This document shows positions 39,398 through 50,149 of a DNA stretch of 64,000 nucleotides, piece after piece. Made by a program: the position numbers and the translations under genes. The DNA comes from Nitrospirota bacterium. GTDB taxonomy: Bacteria > Nitrospirota > UBA9217. Position 1 is the first letter of the stretch. The number at the start of each line of letters is the position of its first letter. The notes beneath the pieces were generated by a model that did not search any database, was not told where the DNA came from, and worked only from the letters and a program-made list of their open reading frames with translations. Location of the stretch: contig CAVVUN010000004.1 of the NCBI GenBank assembly GCA_963751455.1, positions 1 to 64,000 on the forward strand. Reading direction: 5' to 3'.

Positions 39398-40999
39398 ATG
39401 AACAGACAGAAACTGCTTTACAAGCTACTTGTGTTCCTAATAGCGTCGCTATTTTCTATAGCTGCCGCTCACACAGCCTCCGCCCAGGAATTCACCGCAC
39501 TATCGCTTGGCGATTACGGCAACGTGTCGGTCATGGAAATGACCGGCGATTACAGCGCGTATGCGCAAGACGGCAGTGTCAACAGCGCTCCCCGAGAAGC
39601 GATTGCCAAAGAATTCTTCAAAACCCACAAAGACGAGTACGATTTTCTCTTCATCTTCTCCAACTTCGACTACCAGATGCCTGAGGACGGCCAAGCCAAG
39701 GCTTTTCATATGGGCGTCAAGAACGACATCCAGGGCTTAGGGTTTGATGCATTTGATAATACCTCCTTCTTCGGCAGCAGCGGCAAGCTCCAGGGTTTTG
39801 TGGATATGGGGAACCTTTCAGGCCTGGTAACCGATCCGCTCGATCCGAAGTTCGATTACACTCTCTATCTGCTTACTCACGAGATGATGCACCAATGGGG
39901 AGCGCACGCCAAGTTCAAAGACCAATCCGGGAACAACAGCAGCAGTCTCATTGGTAAAGACAATATTCACTGGAGCTATCTCTTTGATTCCGGCGGTTCT
40001 GTTCTGTACGGCAACCGCTGGCAGGATAATGGAAACGGAACTTTCACTTCCCTTGCGCCTCATTTCCAAATGAAATACTTCAGCCCTATTGACCTGTACC
40101 TCATGGGTATGATCGACAAGACCCAGGTCCCTCCAATGCTGCTAATCGAAAACTCCTCGGTTGATCCCACAAAACTGCCTGAGGCAGGTGTAACCATCAG
40201 CGGCACTGCCCGGACGATTACAATCGAGGACATTATTGCTGCGATAGGCGAGCGCAATCCTGACGTCTCTTCATCTCAGAAATCATTCAAAACAGGCTTC
40301 ATCTTTATTACACAGCCGGGAACGTTCAAGGGCGATGAGATTTACGCTATCGAAAACATCCGGAGCGGATGGGTGACAAGGCACTCGGTGCTCACGGACG
40401 GCAAGAGCATTGTTGAAGTCGCTTCTACCCCGATCGAGAACATACCCGTGAACCCGGGGCCGGTTATCGCCCCTGCTACCCCGCGTACGCTACCTCCAAA
40501 TATCAATGACGGCGTTCAATGGCTCATGGACAATCAGAAGAGCGACGGGAGCTGGGCTGACCTTGAGCAGACTACTGAACGCGATACGGCAGTTGCAACG
40601 CTTTCACTCAAGAACTTCACTGCTGCACAGCAGAATTATCAAAACGCCATCCAGTGGCTCGGAACTGTTGCCTCCGGCAATATGGATTTTCTGGCCAGGA
40701 AAACAGCCGGCCTCATCGGTTCCGGCCGGGACATAAGCCCTCTCGTGAATGATGTTCTATCCAGACAGAACACGGACGGAGGATGGGGAAGCGACAAGAA
40801 CTATGCGAGCAATGCAGCGGATACGGCCATAGCGCTCAAGACACTGGCGACCGCAGGTTTATGCGGATCAGAGCGTTATTGCCAAGGCAATCGCATACTT
40901 GAAGTCGAGCCAGAAAGCTGACGGCGGGTGGACCGGTAACGGTGAAAGCACCATACAAGCGACAGCGCATGTGCTCTGCCAAAAAAGAGAGGGACAATG
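39398..40999 (+). pseudogene. Truncated paralog of the giant protein at 51500 (HEXXH peptidase + start of QW barrel)
   Basis: THEMMHQWG, QKSDGSW, QNTDGGWG; +1 frameshift at ~40858 (GYADQSVIAKAIAYLKSSQKADGGW continues); homology ends at ~40975. Confidence 0.8.
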
Positions 41000-42235
41000 A
41001 CCGCATTCGACAGAATCATCCAGAAGGCAACTATCAGGTGGCACCCTAAGCGGAACGGCCGGTTGACGCCAAATGACGTGACGCCGGGCTCTATGAAAAA
41101 AATCTGGATGCTTTGCGATAAAGGCCACGAGTGGGATGCTTTTGTGTTCAACCTTAGCAGAGGACAGGGGTGTCCCTATTGCGCGGGAAAAAGAGTTGGT
41201 GAAGATAACAGTCTCGCAAGACTCAATCCGCAACTGGCTTGCGAGTGGCACCCGTCAAAGAACGGCCACATAACACCGGAGATGGTAACAGCGGGCTCCG
41301 GTAAGAAATCCTGGTGGAAGTGCAGACACGGCCATGAATGGGAAGCCCTTATCGCAAGCAGGAACAGTGGGGTCGGCTGCCCATACTGCAAAGGCCGGAA
41401 GGCGAGCAAGCAGAACTGCTTAAAAACACTGAGGCCCGACCTTGCCCGCGAATGGCACCTGAAAAAGAACAAGGAGGTCTCGCCCGAAAATGTTACGATG
41501 GGCTCTCACGTGAAAGTATGGTGGCGCTGCAATAAAGGCCATGACTGGAAGGCGACAGTCCATGCGAGAAGCTGCGGCACAGGCTGTCCCTATTGCGCTG
41601 GAAAGAAGGTCGATAAAAGCAATTCGCTCCGAACGCTCAGACCGGAACTGGCCGGGGAATGGCACCGGACAAAGAATGGAAGGCTCACTCCGGACGACGT
41701 GATACCGGGTTCGACGAGAAAGGTCTGGTGGCAATGCCGCCAAGGCCATGCATGGGAAGCGGTTATCTCCAGCAGAAGCGCAGGCAGGGGGTGTCCTTAT
41801 TGCGCGTCGAGAAAGGTATGCAAGGACAACTGCCTCCAGACTGTGAGGCCGGAACTCGCCAGGGAATGGCATCCGACAAAGAACGTGCAGCTCACTCCGC
41901 AGGACGTGACACCGGGCTCGGGAAAGAAAGTCTGGTGGCGCTGCCGCAACGGGCACGAATGGAAAGCCGCTGTCCTTGGAAGGACGAGAAAAACCGGCTG
42001 TCCCTATTGCGCGGGACAGAAGCCGACTCTTGAGCACAGTCTTCGCGTCAAAAATCCCGGACTGGCTGGGCAATGGCATCCGATGAAGAACCTGCGCCTG
42101 TCGCCAAAAGATGTTTTCCCGCATTCAAGGCACGAAGTCTGGTGGAAGTGCCATAAAGGGCATGAATGGCAAAAGCGAATTGTGGACAGGATGCGGGGCT
42201 GCGGCTGTCCTATTTGTGCCGTGGAAAAAGAGTGA
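40997..42235 (+). CDS. Zinc-ribbon repeat protein (DUF4379-like), six ~69-aa repeats
   Basis: Six units of WHxxKN…TPxxV…KVWWxCxxGHxW…GCPYC; RBS GAGGGA. Confidence 0.85.
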   Translation: MTAFDRIIQKATIRWHPKRNGRLTPNDVTPGSMKKIWMLCDKGHEWDAFVFNLSRGQGCPYCAGKRVGEDNSLARLNPQLACEWHPSKNGHITPEMVTAGSGKKSWWKCRHGHEWEALIASRNSGVGCPYCKGRKASKQNCLKTLRPDLAREWHLKKNKEVSPENVTMGSHVKVWWRCNKGHDWKATVHARSCGTGCPYCAGKKVDKSNSLRTLRPELAGEWHRTKNGRLTPDDVIPGSTRKVWWQCRQGHAWEAVISSRSAGRGCPYCASRKVCKDNCLQTVRPELAREWHPTKNVQLTPQDVTPGSGKKVWWRCRNGHEWKAAVLGRTRKTGCPYCAGQKPTLEHSLRVKNPGLAGQWHPMKNLRLSPKDVFPHSRHEVWWKCHKGHEWQKRIVDRMRGCGCPICAVEKE

Positions 42236-42300
42236 CGGTGCGATAAAAAAAGCCGATCAAGGCTAACAAGATAAATAAAAAGATGCAATTCAAAAGGACA

Positions 42301-42970
42301 AGAATTTTAGTTCACAATGCCTGCAAAAATTTCAAATTTTTATCGCAGCAAAATTGCAAAAAATGCCGAATGAAATCGCAAGAATTGCCGAAGCTGTGCA
42401 ACTTTATGTTTTACCCTAAAAATACCGGGTCCACAATTTTCATGTACTTTAGTCTTTTTTTCGTGTCAAAGACGGTTCAACACGGCCTCAAATTACAATT
42501 TGAATTTGCAATTCTATAAGACCTTAGTTATAGTTAAACCCTATTCATAAAAAAATCAGTATTTAAGTATCGGGGAGGCAGCAGTGGGAAGAAATGCGAT
42601 CTTTTCGTTTTTCCAATCCGCAAGCACCCTCGGCCGTGCGAGGCCAAAAGTGGTTTTTTATCTTTTCCTGATCCTGGCTTTTATCATTCTTTTTCCGGTG
42701 ATGAGCTATGCCGCTGACAATAACCTCGAAAAAGACGTGCAGACCAGCCTTGAGCAGAGCAGGGCAATTGTCATTATCATCCGGAATAAGATCCAATCCG
42801 ACTCTTCCATTTCCGCAGAAATCGCACAGCTTAAAAAAGAAGCGGAGAATATCCGGGTATCTCACATGCTCCTCGATGAGCGGTTCAAACTCCGCGAGGA
42901 GAAGGTCAAGTCCCTTGGATCGAAGGCAGAGGAACGGCATCAGGCAATGGCTGAAGGATACCGGAAGGCA
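42301..42970 (+). repeat. Near-identical direct repeat, copy 2 of 29890-30560
   Basis: Direct sequence comparison. Confidence 0.9.
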
Positions 42971-45900
42971 TTAAAGGAATATCTGAGCATCATCGATGGA
43001 TTACCATCGATTAGTCAGGAGTCAGTAGTCAGGAGTCAGGAGAACGTCGAAAAACTCAAAGCACTTCTTGATAAGCTTGTTCCGAAAAAGAAACGTCCCA
43101 TCATCGGCAGCCTTCCGTACAAGCACCTGAACTATCCCGCAATCGAACCGAGCACCGCTCCGGCCATCACTCCCGCATACAAAGGCGGAAACAAAACCGT
43201 AAGCCCAGAGGACACGGCAAGCACGAACCTCGTGAACATTTCAAAAACAGTCGCGGACCTGGCCCAATCACTCAATTGGCAACCGGTCGCCATCTACGAG
43301 CATGTAAAGAACGCCATCGAGACCGAGTGGTCCTGGGGCTGCAGGAAGTCGCCTGAGGAGACCTTGCGTCAAAAAAGCGGAAATTCGTGCGAACAGGCCG
43401 CGCTTCTCGCATCATTACTCCGCGCCGCAGGATTCCCGAGCAGGATCATTCGAGGGAATATCCAGTTCTTTGCAAGCGACGGAAAGCCCATTGAACGAGT
43501 AAAGAATCTTACCGGCATCGACGACCCCTGGAAGATCGCAGAGTTCTTCCAGAAAGCGGGGATCCCGTACAAACCGATAATCGCGGGCGGCACGATCCAG
43601 AATTTTGAAATATCTCACATTTATGTCGAATCTCAGATCCCCTACGCCAATTACCGTGGCAATGTGATAGACGAGCACGGGAAAACCTGGCTCGGCCTCG
43701 ATACGAGCATCAAGGTAAAAAATTATGTCTACAATGATGCAAGAGATATTTTCGAGCTGTCAGAAATCAGCGGTCAGCTTTCAGATATCAGAGATGATTA
43801 TCTTAGCGCAGTTCAGACCCAGACGCCGCTGGAATATTTGCAATTCCGTATCAACTCAGAACTCACAACTTTAAACTCGCAATTAACGTATAACGACTTT
43901 CTCCGGACGAAGAGCCTTACACCAGAGCCTATGAAATTTCTTCCTGCGAGCCTTCAGTTTAAACTGATCAAGGCAACCGGAGAATATACCGATATACCGG
44001 ATGAACTCATCCATAGAGTCAGATTCACAGCAAGTAGGCAGAATACAGTAGACAGTACACAGGGAGAGGATCTTTTTGACATAACACTGCCCCTCCACAA
44101 ACTCAGCAATCAGCAAATAGCCATCAGTTATGAACCGGAGACCGTCGAGGACCAGGAGATCATTAATTCCTATGGAGGGCTGGATAATACGCCCTCGTAT
44201 TTGGTGCGATTGCGTTTGGTATTGAAGATAGATAACGAACGAATTGTCGTATCAGCAGACGGGTTGCCGATGGGATCGGATTATAATATCACCATCGAGC
44301 TCTACTCGCCCTCGGTAAACGGGGGCGCTGCGTCTGCGGAAACCATAAACAACACCTTGATTATCGGCAACCTCTCGGTTATCAGCGTTATTGCCCAAAG
44401 AGCTACGAGCCATGAGCTACCAGCTACGAGCCAAGATAAGGACGCAGAGCGTCTCCTCTATGAGGCCGCAAACCATTACATAGACAGATGGAACCAGGCT
44501 GAGGACGAGCTTGCTTCGCTGCTTCATCTCACCATTGCCAGGCCGCTCCCGACCGTCGTAACCGTGGGCGGCGTCATCGATGTTTCTTATCTTCTCGACA
44601 TGCCCCATGGGTTCACGTGGAAGGGAGTGTATATTGATGCAGACCACCGTTCCATCGAAACGGTGACCAGAAAACAGAGCACAGATGACAGACAAAAGCT
44701 GTTCATGAAGCTTGCGTCGCTCCAAGGCTCGGTGCTTGAAAACCGCATTTTTGAAGACGACTTCCAAGTACAGTCTGTTTCCACGGCGAAACTCATGACC
44801 ATTGCAAACAGCAGCCAAGTGCCGAGTCTCACTATCGACGCAACAAACATCGATACGGTATTGCCCACGCTGTCGTTCGATCAGAATGTAAAGGATGATA
44901 TAACGAACTCAGTCAACCAGAGACTTACAGTGAGGATTCCCTCACAAGAACTTTCATACGAAAACTGGGGCGGCATCGGCTGGATCAAAGAAAACACGGA
45001 AACCGGCGAATCCGGCTGGATGCTTTCGGGCATGATTGCGGGCGGGATGACGGCAAAGAAAAAAGAGCAATGGATCAATCAAGACATCGCAAACGAACTC
45101 AGTCTGCCGTATACTCCCGGAGTAAATCAGGACCCGAACGCAGTTGTCAGCCTCGTACGAGTCAATCGGGCAATGGGCGACTATCAGAAAGGAAGGGTAG
45201 GCGAACAATTGTACATACCTTTCGAAGTCATGGCCCGGGACAATACAGGAAAGGCAGTAAAGGGTGTTCCGGTAACATTTAAAACCATCGCAGGCGGCGG
45301 AGTGCTCATGGGCCCCAATCCAGACGGGTCCGGAAATCCCATCACCGGGCCGGAAATCACCGTTAAAACGGGTGCGAACGGCATTGCCTGGGCCGTGCTC
45401 ACCCTCGGGCAGAAAACAACCGATTCTCCGTACTGGATACAAGATACGCCAAATTGGACATTGGCAGGCTTGAACCGCGTCACAGTATCCGCTCAAGCAA
45501 CAACAGGAACCATCTACATTGACAAGCCCTTCGAAGCGTACGGGAGACCTGGAAAAGCCGTAAAGATAGACAAGGTAAGCGGGGATCAGCTTTACGGCAG
45601 CGTCAATACTTTTTCCGGAACTATATCAGCAATAGTACGGGACCAATATGATAACCCGGTTTCGAATCAAACAGTCATTTTCTCAGTCCAGCCGGCGGAT
45701 TATGGATCATCAACGCCAACCGGAACAGACATAAAAAACGCAGGCATATTCGGGAATAGTCAAGATTGCCCCATGCCCGCAATCCGTTCCTGTCCGACTG
45801 CAACATCCAATGTAGCCAAGCAAACAGACAGCTCCGGAGCGCTGGCTTACGTGATTATGGGGAATACCGACGACACCCTCTACACGGTTCGGGCTAAGAC

Positions 45901-48900
45901 GCGGGTACTCGGCCAAAACGGACAGCTTCAAGATGCCTATGTAGATTTCGAGCACTACGTCGCGCCCCGGCCCAGAACAGGCGGAAATATTGCAGATCCG
46001 TACCTGAGCGTCATATCAGTTTATTCCGTAGATGAAAAAGGGAGAGAGATAGACGCCGGGAACCCGGGCCAGGTGTTCCCTGAAAAACTGACGGCCGCTA
46101 TGTACTTCACGGAAGAACGACCAGCATCGACGGGAACGTGCCAGGGCAGCAGAATATTCACTACAGAGCCGGTTACCGATGCCACGATGCGCTTCACGCC
46201 AAGCCAGGGCGGGGGAAGCGTCAATCCCGCGTCTCTCACGTCAGTGCAAAACGGTTTCTATTCCACAATTTTAACCCTTGGGCCGCAACCCACTAAAAAT
46301 ACCGTCCAGGCAGACGGAACCGTAACGCGCATAGTGCAGAAGGCGGACGCATTCGGCAATTGCACGGAAACCACCACAGAGTACAAAGCCTCGACAACGT
46401 TCGACATCTGGGGAGTAAAGGCCACACTGGAACCGAACCAGCTCATCCTCATAAATGAATCAGGTTATCCCGTCGCCAATACACCGATCAAGTATACCGT
46501 CCAGCCGACAGATTACGAGTACGGTAAACAGAACGTGTATCTCAATATCTACGAGAACAACGCATGGATGGGGCTGATCCAGGCAGACATAAGCGGCAAT
46601 ATAACGATAAGCCCCGGAGCAGCAAAGTTCGACATCACCAAGACCTACACGGGTGAGATTGTGGTGAACAGCGGAGGGGATATCCAGATCAAGAGCGGCA
46701 AAGTGACACTTCCTGTGACGCAGCTCGATGTGCTTACCGACCAATACCCGGCAATCAATGCCGATGAAATAAAATTTAGTAGGGGCGACAATACCTGGCC
46801 CCAGAAAATCTATCGCATAGAGCTGCAAGCATCAACTGCGATCAATAACTGCTCAAGCCTTGCCGGTACAATATCCGTCATAGATAAAACCGGTCATCCG
46901 ATCATATTGCCGAACATCAATGGCCAATCCTATGCTGCCGAATACCAATTAAAGGGAACCGCAATATTCAATGGATGCCAGATTCAAATTGTCGATTCCC
47001 TTGACGGAGGAAACACAAAAAGTAAGTTTATCATATCGAACCGGTCAAGGGGAGAACTTCAGCCGGCATTCAGCAGCAATCTGGATGATAAAGCTGTTCT
47101 TTACGGCGGACTTGGAAATCAAGTCCTGGTTCAAGTAAACGCAATTCAAAAGATTATACCGATTGAACCAGTGGGCGTCATCATTCTCGGGATCGATGGG
47201 ATGAGGCAGGATATGTTGTATGCTCCGCCAGTGAGCAGTGATGGGACAGGTGTAAACGCCTCGTACTTCGATCCGAAGGGCTGTGTTAGCGGAAGTTGTT
47301 ATGTGCAACCTTCCAACCTTCAAGGGTTGTGCGATGTTCTTGGAGGGAAAATAAACGGGATATTCTGGACATCCTGTGACACGACAGGATATGAAAACAA
47401 ACATATCAAATTGCCGAGCGTGACAGCCATCTTTCCCTCGATCACCTTTGCCTCCTGGGCCAGTATCTTTACCGGCAAGCTGCCGAATGAAACGGGTATA
47501 TTGGGAAATGAGTTTTTTGCAAGGGATCTGTACCAAGCATCACCTGCTGCCAATACTGTCCCCGGCTTACAGGCATTTCCGGCCGGGATGGTGACACTGG
47601 ATGCTGATGGTGGGGCTTTTTATCCAGGAGGTCCCAAGTTCGCGCTGAACCATGTTACTCCCGCCGAGTTTTCACTTTTCGGCCTTGGGGGTGGGGCAGA
47701 CACAGTGAACGAAAAGATACAGCTTTCGGCCCCGAATTCGGCATTACAAGTTGCACCATTGTGGGCGGATGTCAACAGCATGGTCGGCAATCAATATACC
47801 ATCAGCGCCGATGGCAGGTGCGACGAAAACGGATACGAGTGCAGGACTGTATCGATGTACAATCAGTACGCGCGGGGTGCCGACTGGTGGGGTACGCCAA
47901 GCTTCACATGGAAAGGTGCCTATTTAACGGCATTGTCGCAGGTAGGACTGCATAGCGAGGCCGCGCTGTTGGACGAATCCTCAGCTGGAGATGCGAAGAG
48001 TTTTATAAACGGATACTTTTCGAATTTGAACACAAGCGGAAAACGCAAGAGATTCCCGGCAGTACTTTCGGTCTATCTCCCGGGGCTTGACCATGATGCT
48101 CACGCGGAAGGTATGGGCGGATATACGATCTTCTTCAAGGATAAAACAGACAAACAGGTCAAGATAGTCGTCGATGCCTTGAAAGGACAGGATGAATTCG
48201 ACAACAAGATATTTATCGTCACGGCCGACCATGGACATACGGCAATGCCGACTGATTTGAAGTTTACGGCAAAGCTAAAATTCTTTGATCCGGAATTTGG
48301 GACCCCATATTTTCAGGTTAAAGAATTTCCAGCAGAAATGTCGTGCAGCTTAAAGCTTGACTTTGTTGAGCCTGCTGACCCTGAAATGGTGAATCTTACC
48401 AAGGAGGCAGAGTTAAATAACAACAACCTCCATATCTGGGAGTTGGGGAAAATAATGAGGGGTATGCCCACGGGTGAACTTACGCCTGAAGGTAAAAAAA
48501 TATACTATAAAGTTCTTGCACCTGCTGAAATTGTAGATGCTAACACGGGTGAGACAACGACGACCGATCTAAATCAAGCAAGTGTGATTGCTGCCTTAAA
48601 CGGCCCGATGGCTCATATCTATGTTAAAGGCGCGAACGGCTGGACTGCCGGCCCACAACCTGACCTTTTGATAAAAGTTGCTCGGTTACTCAATGCTGCA
48701 TTTGCAGGGGGAGATGGACCTATTCCTCGCTTAGCCTTGTCGGTCCAGGCAATTTTAGTCAGACTCACACAAAACAGCGAATATATCGTCTACAACGGCG
48801 CTACATATGACGCAGCGGGACAATTAGCGTTGAACAATCCAATTCCTATCAGCGCATACTTTTCGGACAGCACAAAATATATAGATGCATTAAACCGTGT

Positions 48901-49192
48901 TAGAGGAATGAACCATCCAAAGAGAAGTGGAGACATTATTTTGATAATGAAAGATGCAACAACGGGGGACACAACCGGCAGATATACGACGGGCGTGGCA
49001 TGCAAATCATGGCACGGCAGTCTTAATCCGTCAGATTCCTACGTCCCCTTTATTGTATCCTACCCAGGAGGAAACAGGTTCGAACTTGATCCGATCGTTC
49101 AAAAAGTTTGCGCAAATAATGTTTGTGAAGGCAATTGGAAAGCTAAAGATTTGATCTCTGAAATTATCAAGACCCAATATTCCGGACAGTGA
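42584..49192 (+). CDS. 2202-aa secreted transglutaminase-like / Ig-like / nucleotide pyrophosphatase-family protein, copy B
   Basis: Signal peptide; SGNSCEQA, ISHIYVE, WLGLDTS; LGIDGMRQD, FPSITFASWASIFTG, YLPGLDHDAH, TADHGH, SWHGS. Confidence 0.85.
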   Translation: MGRNAIFSFFQSASTLGRARPKVVFYLFLILAFIILFPVMSYAADNNLEKDVQTSLEQSRAIVIIIRNKIQSDSSISAEIAQLKKEAENIRVSHMLLDERFKLREEKVKSLGSKAEERHQAMAEGYRKALKEYLSIIDGLPSISQESVVRSQENVEKLKALLDKLVPKKKRPIIGSLPYKHLNYPAIEPSTAPAITPAYKGGNKTVSPEDTASTNLVNISKTVADLAQSLNWQPVAIYEHVKNAIETEWSWGCRKSPEETLRQKSGNSCEQAALLASLLRAAGFPSRIIRGNIQFFASDGKPIERVKNLTGIDDPWKIAEFFQKAGIPYKPIIAGGTIQNFEISHIYVESQIPYANYRGNVIDEHGKTWLGLDTSIKVKNYVYNDARDIFELSEISGQLSDIRDDYLSAVQTQTPLEYLQFRINSELTTLNSQLTYNDFLRTKSLTPEPMKFLPASLQFKLIKATGEYTDIPDELIHRVRFTASRQNTVDSTQGEDLFDITLPLHKLSNQQIAISYEPETVEDQEIINSYGGLDNTPSYLVRLRLVLKIDNERIVVSADGLPMGSDYNITIELYSPSVNGGAASAETINNTLIIGNLSVISVIAQRATSHELPATSQDKDAERLLYEAANHYIDRWNQAEDELASLLHLTIARPLPTVVTVGGVIDVSYLLDMPHGFTWKGVYIDADHRSIETVTRKQSTDDRQKLFMKLASLQGSVLENRIFEDDFQVQSVSTAKLMTIANSSQVPSLTIDATNIDTVLPTLSFDQNVKDDITNSVNQRLTVRIPSQELSYENWGGIGWIKENTETGESGWMLSGMIAGGMTAKKKEQWINQDIANELSLPYTPGVNQDPNAVVSLVRVNRAMGDYQKGRVGEQLYIPFEVMARDNTGKAVKGVPVTFKTIAGGGVLMGPNPDGSGNPITGPEITVKTGANGIAWAVLTLGQKTTDSPYWIQDTPNWTLAGLNRVTVSAQATTGTIYIDKPFEAYGRPGKAVKIDKVSGDQLYGSVNTFSGTISAIVRDQYDNPVSNQTVIFSVQPADYGSSTPTGTDIKNAGIFGNSQDCPMPAIRSCPTATSNVAKQTDSSGALAYVIMGNTDDTLYTVRAKTRVLGQNGQLQDAYVDFEHYVAPRPRTGGNIADPYLSVISVYSVDEKGREIDAGNPGQVFPEKLTAAMYFTEERPASTGTCQGSRIFTTEPVTDATMRFTPSQGGGSVNPASLTSVQNGFYSTILTLGPQPTKNTVQADGTVTRIVQKADAFGNCTETTTEYKASTTFDIWGVKATLEPNQLILINESGYPVANTPIKYTVQPTDYEYGKQNVYLNIYENNAWMGLIQADISGNITISPGAAKFDITKTYTGEIVVNSGGDIQIKSGKVTLPVTQLDVLTDQYPAINADEIKFSRGDNTWPQKIYRIELQASTAINNCSSLAGTISVIDKTGHPIILPNINGQSYAAEYQLKGTAIFNGCQIQIVDSLDGGNTKSKFIISNRSRGELQPAFSSNLDDKAVLYGGLGNQVLVQVNAIQKIIPIEPVGVIILGIDGMRQDMLYAPPVSSDGTGVNASYFDPKGCVSGSCYVQPSNLQGLCDVLGGKINGIFWTSCDTTGYENKHIKLPSVTAIFPSITFASWASIFTGKLPNETGILGNEFFARDLYQASPAANTVPGLQAFPAGMVTLDADGGAFYPGGPKFALNHVTPAEFSLFGLGGGADTVNEKIQLSAPNSALQVAPLWADVNSMVGNQYTISADGRCDENGYECRTVSMYNQYARGADWWGTPSFTWKGAYLTALSQVGLHSEAALLDESSAGDAKSFINGYFSNLNTSGKRKRFPAVLSVYLPGLDHDAHAEGMGGYTIFFKDKTDKQVKIVVDALKGQDEFDNKIFIVTADHGHTAMPTDLKFTAKLKFFDPEFGTPYFQVKEFPAEMSCSLKLDFVEPADPEMVNLTKEAELNNNNLHIWELGKIMRGMPTGELTPEGKKIYYKVLAPAEIVDANTGETTTTDLNQASVIAALNGPMAHIYVKGANGWTAGPQPDLLIKVARLLNAAFAGGDGPIPRLALSVQAILVRLTQNSEYIVYNGATYDAAGQLALNNPIPISAYFSDSTKYIDALNRVRGMNHPKRSGDIILIMKDATTGDTTGRYTTGVACKSWHGSLNPSDSYVPFIVSYPGGNRFELDPIVQKVCANNVCEGNWKAKDLISEIIKTQYSGQ

Positions 49193-49205
49193 GAGGAGAA
49201 ACACT

Positions 49206-50084
49206 ATGGCCAAAAGAATCCTTCTGATCGTTTCAATCCTGCTTGTTTTACCAGCCTTAATTTATGCTGCCGTAACCGACTATTTGATCCTACAAGACAT
49301 TAGCCCATATAAATTGTTTACCACTATTTTCCCCGAAGATTTTAAAGGCCCGTTACCAAAATATTCACAAACAACTACAGGTGGAGTATTGGCTGCTGCC
49401 GGTCACTTTTCGGAAAATGATGTAACATATTCAGCTTCGTACACTGAATCAGGTCGTAAATGGCCTTTTGTCGATGTATCCGTCACCAAGCACTCCGGCT
49501 CTGATTCCGACAAGTGGCTGCTGCACGAGGTAGATCGGGATTTCAGAAATTATTATGGCATACCGGGCATGGCTTATAGTCCAGAAATAGTAGATGGCCA
49601 AACCATTTTAGAAGCTACAGTTGGAGGCGCTAACTATCGGTGGTTAAGCGGCAATAAAGTGATAATGATTGAATATCATGATTCTCAGATGACTAAGCCC
49701 GCTCCTATCGAGATCGTTAGGGCCTATTTAGCGAAGCATCCATCGACGCTTTCAACGATAACACTCGTTCAGCTCAGGAGCGCAGAGAATACCACAAAAT
49801 GGATCAAAGACGAAATGGACCGCCGCCTGTGGCTGTGCGACAAGTGGTTCTACCAGTTGCAGCTCGGCAAGGTACAACAACCAGAGGTGCTTCAACAGGC
49901 CGTCAAGAGCATGAACATTTTTCTCGATTACCGCGAGAAGTACCACGGAATGAAGGCCGCGGATGAGAAGAATCTTCTTGCCAGCTACGTCAATCAAAAC
50001 AACGGCACGGGTATAAAGGCCAAGCTCAAGGAGTACAAAGATTGGTGGGCACTCAACAAGGATAAGGCGATTACGCTGCCATAG
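49206..50084 (+). CDS. Secreted hypothetical protein (partner family, copy 3)
   Basis: Signal peptide, DYLILQDI start, VTKHSGSDSDKWLLHEV, same conserved C-terminus. Confidence 0.85.
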   Translation: MAKRILLIVSILLVLPALIYAAVTDYLILQDISPYKLFTTIFPEDFKGPLPKYSQTTTGGVLAAAGHFSENDVTYSASYTESGRKWPFVDVSVTKHSGSDSDKWLLHEVDRDFRNYYGIPGMAYSPEIVDGQTILEATVGGANYRWLSGNKVIMIEYHDSQMTKPAPIEIVRAYLAKHPSTLSTITLVQLRSAENTTKWIKDEMDRRLWLCDKWFYQLQLGKVQQPEVLQQAVKSMNIFLDYREKYHGMKAADEKNLLASYVNQNNGTGIKAKLKEYKDWWALNKDKAITLP

Positions 50085-50149
50085 GTAGTAAACAGTATGC
50101 AGTAAATGGCGGGCAGTAGATGACTGGGCATCGCGAGGTCACAGGTTGA

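Noticed and set aside
40977-42300. Insertion sequence at the A/B junction
   Set aside because: No transposase motifs, terminal inverted repeats or target duplication found.
42283-42519. 78-aa ORF upstream of copy B
   Set aside because: Lies in the duplicated AT-rich promoter region; the equivalent frame is not preserved in copy A.
36758-50084. Diversity-generating retroelement explanation for the paralogous partner genes
   Set aside because: No reverse transcriptase in the window, and differences are not restricted to adenines in a TR/VR pair.
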